Under the pieces are notes generated by a model. The model made no database searches. It was not told where the DNA came from and saw only the letters and a program-made list of their open reading frames with translations. A program made the translations under genes and the position numbers. Shown here in pieces: positions 10,445-18,609 of a stretch of DNA of 64,000 bases (its first letter is position 1; each line of letters starts with the position of its first letter). The DNA comes from Pseudobutyrivibrio sp. (GTDB taxonomy: Bacteria; Bacillota; Clostridia; Lachnospirales; Lachnospiraceae): assembly GCF_015057185.1 (NCBI RefSeq), contig NZ_SVEV01000009.1, forward strand, positions 19,672 to 83,671, read 5' to 3'.

Positions 10445-11302
10445 TTATTTGGAAGATTTTAATTCTTCTAGTTGTTTTTCTAGTTCTGCAATCTTTGCAT
10501 TTTTCTCAGCAAGTTCAGAATCCATTTGAGCTAATTTCTCTTCCTTCTCTGCAATAGAGTCTTTGAGTCGTTGCTCATAAATTTCTCTGTCATTAGCTCT
10601 GCGAATTGCATCCTGACGAGCACGTAGCTCAAGTCTTGACTCGTTTTCAGCAGTTATCTCATAAATAGTTTTAGATGCTTCGTCTATTATAGGCATATCC
10701 TTTGCTAACATACGTAATTCCTCCCATTTTGTAGATCTAAACATCATAGCCCACATATCCAAACGGTATTGTTTGTCTTCGGGTGTAGCTAATTCTATTT
10801 TTTTTAAGTCTAACACGTATATTTGGAATTTGTCACTATATATTAAATGATTTTCTACATTAGACATAAGATATTTTGAATAAAACTGTGGATGATCTTC
10901 AAAAAGCGTGAAATTTAAAATACCTATCTGATAAACAGGCTTTACATTGAGATAACTATCACCTTTATTTAAATTTTGATATTCATCACATGCATAATAC
11001 AAAGATCGTTCTGGCCAGTCATGCTCGTTGATAACCTGCATTTCTAAATTCACTATAGAATTATCATTTAAGATTGCTTCAATATCTAAAATGATTGATT
11101 TCTGATTAAAAGAATCTCCTAAATGAATAGGGTTCGTAATAGTAATTGTGTCAATGGAACCTTGTTCCATATGAAGTAAATCTTGGACTAATTCTTTAAG
11201 TACAAGATTATTCCTTTGTAACAACATTTTAAAAAGGTAATCATTTGTCATAGGAACAAACAACTCACCTTCTAAAGGTATTTCTATATTTAATTCTTTC
11301 AT
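10445..11302 (-). CDS. Rpn-family recombination-promoting nuclease / putative transposase (PD-(D/E)XK, transposase_31-like)
   Basis: 285 aa. N-terminal DYLFKMLL motif, a D...E-x-Q nuclease-like motif (ILDIEA...VNLEMQV) and a C-terminal coiled coil. One of only three minus-strand genes. Confidence 0.75.
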   Translation of the reverse strand: MKELNIEIPLEGELFVPMTNDYLFKMLLQRNNLVLKELVQDLLHMEQGSIDTITITNPIHLGDSFNQKSIILDIEAILNDNSIVNLEMQVINEHDWPERSLYYACDEYQNLNKGDSYLNVKPVYQIGILNFTLFEDHPQFYSKYLMSNVENHLIYSDKFQIYVLDLKKIELATPEDKQYRLDMWAMMFRSTKWEELRMLAKDMPIIDEASKTIYEITAENESRLELRARQDAIRRANDREIYEQRLKDSIAEKEEKLAQMDSELAEKNAKIAELEKQLEELKSSK

Positions 11303-11474
11303 TAAGTTATCCTTTCAAAAAATATTGGTGGGAAAAATTTTGAAACGTTGGTGAAATATAAAAAGATAAATATGAAAAAAATGAACATATGTATATTAAT
11401 ATAGGATGATTAATGATGCAAGTAAAAAATTGATGTGGAAAAATACATAAAATCCATAAAGCTGTTGACTTTTT

Positions 11475-11600
11475 TTGGGGGGGGTAAGCGCTGCCAAAAG
11501 AAAAAAATATGAACAAAAGCTTATATGCAAGAATTGTGGATCTGTTGTTGGATATGGAGAAAAGTTTTGTTATAAGTGTGGTAGTTCAGTGAACGAATAA
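11475..11600 (+). pseudogene. Remnant of a zinc-ribbon protein gene (C-terminal fragment, no ATG start)
   Basis: The frame reads ...KLICKNCGSVVGYGEKFCYKCGSSVNE*. It is open back only to a TGA at 11466-11468, with no ATG or SD. Preceded by a T7G8 tract. Confidence 0.5.
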
Positions 11601-11617
11601 TGATGATTATATATTTG

Positions 11618-11648
11618 TGCCGAGGAGAAATCCTCGGCATTATTTTTT
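11618..11648 (+). terminator. Rho-independent terminator
   Basis: Hairpin tgccgagga-gaaa-tcctcggca followed by a T8 run. The stem is nearly identical to the 10418 hairpin. Confidence 0.75.
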
Positions 11649-11702
11649 TTGAAAAGTGTCCGACATATATGTTGTAAGCGAAAAATACCCTGGAGGAACT
11701 GT

Positions 11703-14615
11703 ATGCAAATTGAAGGACTCAAGGTAACGGATTACATCAAAACAGAAGGTGCAGACGACCAGATGATGGGCGTTGGAACCAGCGGTATCAAGGATGATAG
11801 CAAAGCAAATAAATATAAGGAGCTAAAGGCTCTTAGTGTAGATAATGCATTTTATGATAATAGGGGAAAGATGACTGATGAAGAGTTCATGAAGGACGTG
11901 GACAAGGCATCAGCTCTTGGCATGTCTACAATTGACAAAGTGAAAAATGTAGAGCGTGGCTGGGACGATGAGGCTACAGCGAAAACTAGGGAAGACGGTC
12001 ATAATCCAATGGATATGGACGTTGATACTTTAGTTACTGTAGTGGATGAGATAAAGATGAACCTTGCTAAGGGTGGAAAAGACATTAGCAAAATGGGTGG
12101 TCTTGATACAGATGAGATAGAGGCAATGTCTAGCTCTATATCTCAGGCTGTAGAAATGTCAAAGGGCTTAACACAAACCCTTCCTGTGGAGACCCAAGCT
12201 TACCTTGTAAAAAATGATTTAGAGCCAACTATTACTAATATTTACAATGCCACATATGCAGCCCCTGCAATGCCAGCAGAAAAGGCGGTGGAATCAGATG
12301 AGGAAATCATCAATTTATTAGAAAAACTAGGAGATAAGCTAGATTCACTTATAGCTGAAATAGAGAGTGAACAAACCGAGTCTGCGCAAAGACCTATGTC
12401 ACCAGAAGAACTGAAAAATATGGTGGCAACCATGATGAAGCAAGATGTTCCTGTTACAAAGGAGCATCTTGAGTACATGGTTGAGTTGGATCAGTATGAA
12501 AAACCATCAGAGGATAATATCGTAAATGCGATAACGGATATTGTTGCTGAGGGCAAGGAGCCAACCGATGCATATCTAATCGAAGGCTATTCATTAATGG
12601 ATCAAGCCAAGAAAACATTTGCTGAAGTAATGGGAATGGACCCTTATGCTCTTCCTACTGTTACAGCACAGCGTCAATTAACAGAGATCCAGCTGACTAT
12701 GACTGTTGAAGCCACATTTACCATGATGAAAAATGGTGTCAGCGTGAATACCAATGATTTATCTGATTTACTTGATAAGCTTAAACTACAGGAAACTAAT
12801 TTGCTTCAAATTCTCATGAAGGCCGAAACTGGGGAAGCAACCACAAATAATGTAAATCTTTTCAAGCAGGTGATGAATAACATTGCAGATATTCAGGAAG
12901 CACCAGCTGCAATGCTTGGAAGATTTTCTAATATTAACGCAGAGACTTTTTCATATGTTCATGAGGTAAGTGTTTCTGTCACTGCAGAATACTCACGTAT
13001 GGAAATGACCTATGAGTCGGTTGGTACCGAGGTTAGAGTTGACCTTGGCGATAGTATGCAAAAAGCCTTCCAAAATGTGGATGATATTTTAGATGATTTA
13101 GGCATTCAAGCCACTGAATCAAGTCAGAAGGCAGTTAGAATACTTTCCTACAATCAAATGGAAATTACTGCAGAGTCAGTAACTACAGTGAAGGCCTCAG
13201 CAGAAATGGTTAGCCGCACATTTAAGAGCATGACACCGGCAGTAGTGGCTGAGATGATTAAGCGCGGAGAGAATCCTCTTGATATGAAGATGGAGGATTT
13301 AAAGAATAAAGCAGAAGAAATTAAAGCAGAGCTAGGAAGTAGCTCTGACGAGGAAAATTTCTCTAAATTCCTTTGGAAAGCACAGCAGAGTTCTGCAATT
13401 ACAGAGGAAGAAAGAGAAGCCTATATTGGTGTTTATAGATTGTTACATCAAGTGGATAAGTCTGATGGCGCAGCCATAGGAGCGTTGATAAGTCAGGGTA
13501 CAGAAGTTACTCTTCGAAATCTTATGACAGCAGTCCGCTCTAGTAAGCACACAGGAAGAGAATACGAAATCAATGACAAATTTGGTGCTTTAGATGAAAT
13601 GGTAGTCAAGGATCTTTCTATTACAGAACAGGTTGAAAAAGTATTTTTGACAAACCGCTGTCGTGATGCCAAAGAGGCGATGACTCCTGCAAAGATGGCT
13701 ACTTTTGGCGAAGAAAAGATTCTTAACATGAATCCAGATGAATTCGCAACAGCTATGGAAGAGCAGGCGGATGAAGCATCTGAGGCTGCCTACAATAATT
13801 ATGTTACTGAGCAGATAAAGAATGCATTTAGATTTAATGAACAGGTTGAGAATGTAATTGAAGAATTCAACATTCCTAATTCTGCCAACATGATTACAGC
13901 GGTAGAAGCTCTTATGCAAAACAATAATTCCTATATTAAGGATTTGTACGGTCGAGCTGCAAAGCAGCAGGATATGGAAATTGAAGATTTAATTGACTTG
14001 GCATATCAGAGATTTTCTGATGCATGTCATACCCCTGAGGATATGGCAGATGCTGAGGAAGCTCTTGGCGTTCTAGCTGAGAATGTCATGAAGACCATGG
14101 TTCAAATGGAAGACGTTCGCACAATCGAAATGGATGAAATGAAGCTTGTAGTGCAGCAATCAAAGGCTATTGAGGAAATGGCGAGAAATAATGAGACCTA
14201 CCATATTCCAATTATGATTGCTGATGAAGCTGGAAACATGAACCTTAGAATCGTAAGAGGTGACGGCGAATCAGGTCTTATTAAGATGGCATTGTACCTG
14301 CAGCAGACCGGCACAGTTTCAACCACATTCCGTTATGAAGCAGGCTCCGTAAGTGCAAATGTAGAATGTGAAACGGCAAAAATGCGAGATGAATTTGCTT
14401 CAAAGGCAGAGCAGATTGCAGAAAAAATGCAGCAGGAAACAGGCTTTGATTTTAGCTTTTCGTTCACTAGAGAAGTGGGCGTAAGCGTAAATGATGTATA
14501 TAATTGGCAGCTTGGAAACTTCAAAGAAAATTCTTCAAAAGATAACGAGGTTCAAACCGAGGCTTTATACGGCATTGCCAGAGGATACATAAAACTTATC
14601 GGAGAAATGTTCTAA
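11703..14615 (+). CDS. Large acidic hypothetical protein with a C-terminal region of FliK-like pattern
   Basis: ORF 11649..14615. ATG 11703 is preceded by SD GGAGG (11692-11696). About 970 aa, Glu/Asp/Met-rich. The last ~130 aa (NLRIVRGDGESGLIKMALYLQQTGTVSTTFRYEAGSVSANV...) resemble the FliK C-terminal domain pattern from memory. Lies upstream of flagellin. Confidence 0.6.
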   Translation: MQIEGLKVTDYIKTEGADDQMMGVGTSGIKDDSKANKYKELKALSVDNAFYDNRGKMTDEEFMKDVDKASALGMSTIDKVKNVERGWDDEATAKTREDGHNPMDMDVDTLVTVVDEIKMNLAKGGKDISKMGGLDTDEIEAMSSSISQAVEMSKGLTQTLPVETQAYLVKNDLEPTITNIYNATYAAPAMPAEKAVESDEEIINLLEKLGDKLDSLIAEIESEQTESAQRPMSPEELKNMVATMMKQDVPVTKEHLEYMVELDQYEKPSEDNIVNAITDIVAEGKEPTDAYLIEGYSLMDQAKKTFAEVMGMDPYALPTVTAQRQLTEIQLTMTVEATFTMMKNGVSVNTNDLSDLLDKLKLQETNLLQILMKAETGEATTNNVNLFKQVMNNIADIQEAPAAMLGRFSNINAETFSYVHEVSVSVTAEYSRMEMTYESVGTEVRVDLGDSMQKAFQNVDDILDDLGIQATESSQKAVRILSYNQMEITAESVTTVKASAEMVSRTFKSMTPAVVAEMIKRGENPLDMKMEDLKNKAEEIKAELGSSSDEENFSKFLWKAQQSSAITEEEREAYIGVYRLLHQVDKSDGAAIGALISQGTEVTLRNLMTAVRSSKHTGREYEINDKFGALDEMVVKDLSITEQVEKVFLTNRCRDAKEAMTPAKMATFGEEKILNMNPDEFATAMEEQADEASEAAYNNYVTEQIKNAFRFNEQVENVIEEFNIPNSANMITAVEALMQNNNSYIKDLYGRAAKQQDMEIEDLIDLAYQRFSDACHTPEDMADAEEALGVLAENVMKTMVQMEDVRTIEMDEMKLVVQQSKAIEEMARNNETYHIPIMIADEAGNMNLRIVRGDGESGLIKMALYLQQTGTVSTTFRYEAGSVSANVECETAKMRDEFASKAEQIAEKMQQETGFDFSFSFTREVGVSVNDVYNWQLGNFKENSSKDNEVQTEALYGIARGYIKLIGEMF

Positions 14616-14622
14616 ATTCAGG

Positions 14623-14649
14623 TTTAGAAATTTTTTACTTAACCGATAT
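14623..14649 (+). promoter_or_regulatory. Putative sigma-28 (SigD/FliA)-type promoter of flagellin
   Basis: The -10 ACCGATAT (14642-14649) matches 7/8 of GCCGATAT. The -35 is poor: TTTA/TAGA rather than TAAA at 13-15 nt. Confidence 0.4.
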
Positions 14650-14655
14650 TAATGT

Positions 14656-14729
14656 TGTAAGGACATGGATGCCTTTACAATTCAAATACACCGCATGGAT
14701 GCTAGACTTGTTTTACGGCTATTAGGAGG
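14656..14729 (+). promoter_or_regulatory. Flagellin 5' leader with two CsrA-like GGA sites plus SD
   Basis: The identical 9-mer CATGGATGC occurs at 14664-14672 and 14694-14702. The first sits in the loop of hairpin 14656-14679. SD AGGAGG at 14724-14729. Confidence 0.45.
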
Positions 14730-14735
14730 CGACAT

Positions 14736-16400
14736 ATGAGAATTAATAACAACATGTCAGCGGTGATTACTAACAATCAACTTCTTGGTACTGAAAGTTC
14801 CCTTTCCGATGTAATGGAAAAATTAAGTTCTGGTTTTAGCATTAACCACGCATCAGATAACCCATCTGGTATTGCTATTGCGGGCAAAATGCAAGCTCAG
14901 ATCGATGGTTTAGGCCAAGCATCAACAAATGGTTCAGATGGAATTTCCGTACTGCAGACAGCAGAAGGTGCTTTAAATGAAGTAACAGACATGATTCAAA
15001 GAATGCGTGAACTATCAGTTCAGGCAGCTAACGGTACAAACTCAGACTCAGAGCGTGAGTCAATCCAAAAGGAAATCGATTCACTATTAAGCGAGATAGA
15101 CAGAGTAGCTCAGACAACGGAGTTCAACACAATCAACCTGTTAGATGGTTCATTAGATTGCAGAACTTATGCAAACAATGTTACCAGAATTGCTACTTCA
15201 AACTCGGTGCCATCAGGTATTTATCAACTAAGAATTACCCAGGCAGCTCTTCGTGCAAGTACCAGCACAATAACAGTATCAACTGGAGAGAAAATCGTTG
15301 AGAATTTTGACAACACTTATGCAAAGGTAGAAACCACAACAACAGTTACTACCCCAGCTTTAACAGCAGGAAATTTCGATTACAAGAAATTTATTGACGG
15401 GACAAAATGGGAGACTGTTACCAGAGATTATTCTGGAGAAACAACTGAAACTACAACAACTGGAGAACAGTCAGGACTTGGTATATCAGGATCAATCACA
15501 ATTAACGGATATCCAATAACACTAGCCCAAGGCTCATCAGGAGAAATGGTTTACGGCCAGCTTAGAGCAGCTTGTGAAAAAGGTGGAGCAATAATTTCAG
15601 ATTACAATGCAGAAGAAGGCTTATCAATTTCTTCTTATAAGTATGGTGCTCAGGCAGATCTAAAAATCGAATTTACAAGCGTTGAATTTGCAAAAGCATT
15701 AGGCTTCCCTGAATCAGCGCTAGACCATGACGATGCAGGAAATGTATTACCTACTATTAATAAACAAGGTACAGATGCAAAGCTGAAATTATACACAGAA
15801 ACTGATACGGTTGATGAGAATGGTAATGAGGTAAAATCCCTATTTGGAACTCAAGCTACCTATTCAACCGATGGACGCCACATCACAATAAGAGATACAC
15901 AGGGATTTGAGATGTCATTCCTTGCAGATGATGGCTTCATGGAAGGCGCAACTCTAGCAGATGGCACGGTTTCTGATGGTATGGTTACATTTAACGTAAC
16001 AGATATCGGCTCAATGACACTTCAAGTTGGTGCAAATGAAGGCCAGCAGATGAAGGTTAGAATTGCAGCAGTTACAACAGAATTTATGTACATCGATGAT
16101 GTGGATGTAACAAGATCAAATGGACCTGAGGACGCAATGGATGCCTTGGGAGATGCTCTAAGCTATGTTACATCTGTACGTTCTCAGTTAGGTGCATATG
16201 AAAACCGACTAGAGCACACAACAAAGTCGCTAGATGCAACAGAAGAAAATATGACATCTGCTATTTCTCGAATCGAGGATGCAGATATGGCTACAACAAT
16301 GGTTGAATATACTAAGCTAAATGTATTGGAACAAGCTGGTGTATCAGCATTAGCACAGGCAAATGAGCTTCCACAGTTGGCATTACAGCTTTTACAATAA
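14736..16400 (+). CDS. fliC: Flagellin
   Basis: 554 aa. Conserved N-terminal (LSSGFSINHASDNPSG...LQTAEGALNE...RMRELSVQAANGT) and C-terminal (LGAYENRLEHT...QANELPQLALQLLQ) flagellin domains. Long Thr-rich variable middle. Confidence 0.95.
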   Translation: MRINNNMSAVITNNQLLGTESSLSDVMEKLSSGFSINHASDNPSGIAIAGKMQAQIDGLGQASTNGSDGISVLQTAEGALNEVTDMIQRMRELSVQAANGTNSDSERESIQKEIDSLLSEIDRVAQTTEFNTINLLDGSLDCRTYANNVTRIATSNSVPSGIYQLRITQAALRASTSTITVSTGEKIVENFDNTYAKVETTTTVTTPALTAGNFDYKKFIDGTKWETVTRDYSGETTETTTTGEQSGLGISGSITINGYPITLAQGSSGEMVYGQLRAACEKGGAIISDYNAEEGLSISSYKYGAQADLKIEFTSVEFAKALGFPESALDHDDAGNVLPTINKQGTDAKLKLYTETDTVDENGNEVKSLFGTQATYSTDGRHITIRDTQGFEMSFLADDGFMEGATLADGTVSDGMVTFNVTDIGSMTLQVGANEGQQMKVRIAAVTTEFMYIDDVDVTRSNGPEDAMDALGDALSYVTSVRSQLGAYENRLEHTTKSLDATEENMTSAISRIEDADMATTMVEYTKLNVLEQAGVSALAQANELPQLALQLLQ

Positions 16401-16410
16401 CATGATGCTA

Positions 16411-16497
16411 AAAACTTTCCGAAGGAAATTTTTCGCATCAGGAGAGCGCTAGCTCGACGAAAAACCTTCTGAAAGAAATTTTTCGCATCAGGAGAGC
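16411..16497 (+). repeat. Two 37-nt direct repeats (period 50 nt) between fliC and fliS
   Basis: 16411-16447 and 16461-16497 differ at 3 positions. Each carries a small hairpin (tttcc-gaa-ggaaa / ttct-gaa-agaa) and a CAGGAGAGC element. Confidence 0.85.
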
Positions 16498-16528
16498 TTT
16501 AATTAGCCTAATAAGGAGTAATAGTAAT

Positions 16529-17005
16529 ATGAACAAAGATATGATTTCGGCTTTTACCTTAAAAATTGCATCAAGCAATGGATGTGGATTGATTTCTATT
16601 CTTTATGAAATATATGAAGAATATGAGAAGGACGCCATAGAATATTTTAAAGCTGGGAACGTGGACGAAGCAGTTGAGGCACTAAAAAAATGTGCTGAGG
16701 TTGTCAGTCATCTCCAGAAGGATTTGAACTTTGAATACAAGGTAAGTTGGAATCTGTACGCGCTGTACGATTATGTTCAGCGAAATGTTAGCAAATCCAT
16801 ATATAAGGCTAATGACGAAGGATTAAAAGAAGCAAAAAAAGTAATGGATAGTCTAGGTGATGCGTTTGGACAAATCGCAAAGGAGGATAAATCAAATCCA
16901 ATTATGAAAAATACGCAACGAGTAGTTGCTGGAATCACCTATAGTAAGAAATCACTTAACGAAAGTATGGTGGGAAACCAAGTAAATAGAGGCTTTTTGG
17001 CATAA
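16529..17005 (+). CDS. fliS: Flagellar export chaperone FliS-like
   Basis: 158 aa. The pattern LISILYE...A....L.....LNFEY..S.NLYALYDYV...L..AN aligns with FliS helices. Lies directly after flagellin. Confidence 0.7.
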   Translation: MNKDMISAFTLKIASSNGCGLISILYEIYEEYEKDAIEYFKAGNVDEAVEALKKCAEVVSHLQKDLNFEYKVSWNLYALYDYVQRNVSKSIYKANDEGLKEAKKVMDSLGDAFGQIAKEDKSNPIMKNTQRVVAGITYSKKSLNESMVGNQVNRGFLA

Positions 17006-17021
17006 ATAAAATAATAATCAC

Positions 17022-17052
17022 ATGGCTCTCGGCAATGCCGAGGGCCATTTTT
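17022..17052 (+). terminator. Rho-independent terminator after fliS
   Basis: Hairpin atggctctcggc-aatg-ccgagggccat followed by TTTT. Confidence 0.8.
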
Positions 17053-17115
17053 GTGCAGAGCTATTATGATAATCAAAATGTTCTCTTAATAATCAGCAAT
17101 GTGCTGTATTTTTTT

Positions 17116-17598
17116 ATGGCGTCTTTCGCTATGGGAATAGCAGATCTCGCATTCTATAATCGTGTGGAAACGGAGGTGAAAAAGACGGACAAGTTCCTGG
17201 TTTGGAGTATTCTGACGACGGCGAACTTATTTGACGCTAGAAACTACAAGATTCCAAATGAGTTAATTATCTTAGGTTATTGCGCAGGGTTATTCCTAAA
17301 TGTGCAGAACCATCAGATGATGGGAGTTGTCTTCTTTATCGCAAAGGCAATATGGCCGATCCTCTTATTATTTTTGCTGACTGATATAGGAGGTTTGGGA
17401 GCTGGTGACGTTAAACTATTTTCTGTAATGGCCACAATGGTGGGAGCCAAAGAAGTAGTGGACACCATGATTTACTCGGTGATGCTTGCTGGCATCATAG
17501 CCATATATATTTGTGTAAAGGAAGGACATATAGTTAAAAGAAAGCTTCATTTTTCTCTATATATTACGTTCGCGTTTTTTTTACTGCAGTTCAAATAA
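17116..17598 (+). CDS. A24-family prepilin peptidase (CpaA/TadV-like), copy 1; start uncertain
   Basis: Polytopic membrane protein with the two Asp motifs FDARNYKIPN and GLGAGDVKLF. The listed ATG 17035 lies inside the fliS terminator loop, so in-frame GTG 17101 or ATG 17116 is more plausible. Confidence 0.8.
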   Translation: MASFAMGIADLAFYNRVETEVKKTDKFLVWSILTTANLFDARNYKIPNELIILGYCAGLFLNVQNHQMMGVVFFIAKAIWPILLLFLLTDIGGLGAGDVKLFSVMATMVGAKEVVDTMIYSVMLAGIIAIYICVKEGHIVKRKLHFSLYITFAFFLLQFK

Positions 17599-17619
17599 AG
17601 AGAATAGATGGAGGTATAA

Positions 17620-18609
17620 ATGAAAAATTTGGAAATAGCCTTATGTGACTCCTGTGATGATTACATACTAAAGTTTGCTTCATACATTATGGAGCGAGCA
17701 AAGGTAGGAGTTCATATATTTACAACTCCGGAGAGCTTTTATTCAGATGAAGGCGACTATGACTACGCCTTGATTGCTGAGGAATTTAAAGAGGTCATGG
17801 AGTTTCGGCCAAAGGGAGTTGTAAAGAACAAATATTACTTGGTTGAAAATCAAGAGAATGAGCAGGACAACAATATTTTCAAATATCAATCTGTTGAAAA
17901 AATATTGAACAAGATCCCGATTCTAAAGGAGACAAAAGCTAGTATTAAGAAGTCTAATGAAAAATCTAGAATTATTGGAGTTTATTCTCCAGTAAGTCAC
18001 GAATTGCAGTTGCCATTTTCTATGGCAATGGCTCAATCATATAGGACAAATGGAAATGTCCTATTCATTGATCTTGAAGAATTGTCAATCATGCCAAAGC
18101 TAATTGGTAACCAAAATGATTTCAATTTGATGGATTTTCTATATGAGATTAATACTAACTCAAAAGATGTAAATATATCTAAATACGTACAGAGCTTTAT
18201 GGGGTTCGATTACATTGAACCATTTGCTAACCCAAGCGAAATAAGTGAAATTGATGAGGATGCATGGAGTATGTTTTTCTCAGTGATTTCTAAGGCATCC
18301 TATGATGCTGTAGTTGTGTTATTTGGTAGGGCAATAAATGGATTTTCGAAATTCATAGAAGCTGTGGATAAATTATATATCCTGGGAAAGCCAGGGGATT
18401 ATTTTAGAAAAGGTCAAGAGTTGTTCTGGAACTATTTAGATAAGCTTGATATTCAGACGGAAAGGCAAGAGGTTATTCTTCCTATGTCTGCAGGAAACTT
18501 ATCGGATGGTGCTTATAGGATAGAGGAACTTTTGCAAGGGAACCTGGGAGTGTTTGTAAAGAAACTGATTAATGAAAATGGAAAATGTGAGTATAAAATG
18601 TGCGGATAA
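17620..18609 (+). CDS. CpaE/TadZ-like pilus assembly protein with degenerate P-loop
   Basis: 329 aa. N-terminal receiver-like segment, then a MinD/ParA-like core in which the Walker A position reads GVYSPVSHELQ (no GKT/S). Lies immediately upstream of CpaF. Confidence 0.55.
   Translation: MKNLEIALCDSCDDYILKFASYIMERAKVGVHIFTTPESFYSDEGDYDYALIAEEFKEVMEFRPKGVVKNKYYLVENQENEQDNNIFKYQSVEKILNKIPILKETKASIKKSNEKSRIIGVYSPVSHELQLPFSMAMAQSYRTNGNVLFIDLEELSIMPKLIGNQNDFNLMDFLYEINTNSKDVNISKYVQSFMGFDYIEPFANPSEISEIDEDAWSMFFSVISKASYDAVVVLFGRAINGFSKFIEAVDKLYILGKPGDYFRKGQELFWNYLDKLDIQTERQEVILPMSAGNLSDGAYRIEELLQGNLGVFVKKLINENGKCEYKMCG

Noticed and set aside
11307-11516. The 69-aa ORF on the minus strand upstream of the Rpn-like gene.
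   Set aside because: It lies in an AT-rich promoter region, has a hydrophobic low-complexity translation and no SD, and runs through the homopolymer tract.
11640-11667. A sigma-28-like -10 (TCCGACAT) upstream of the 970-aa gene.
   Set aside because: It is only a partial match, has no TAAA-like -35 at the proper spacing, and overlaps the T-tail of the preceding terminator.
16411-16497. The fliC-fliS repeats considered as a mini-CRISPR array.
   Set aside because: There are only two copies. The 13-nt 'spacer' is far too short. No cas genes are present, and the repeats are imperfect.
17035-17115. The listed ATG 17035 start for the first prepilin peptidase.
   Set aside because: This ATG lies in the loop of the fliS terminator hairpin (17022-17048). 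A downstream in-frame GTG 17101 or ATG 17116 is more plausible.
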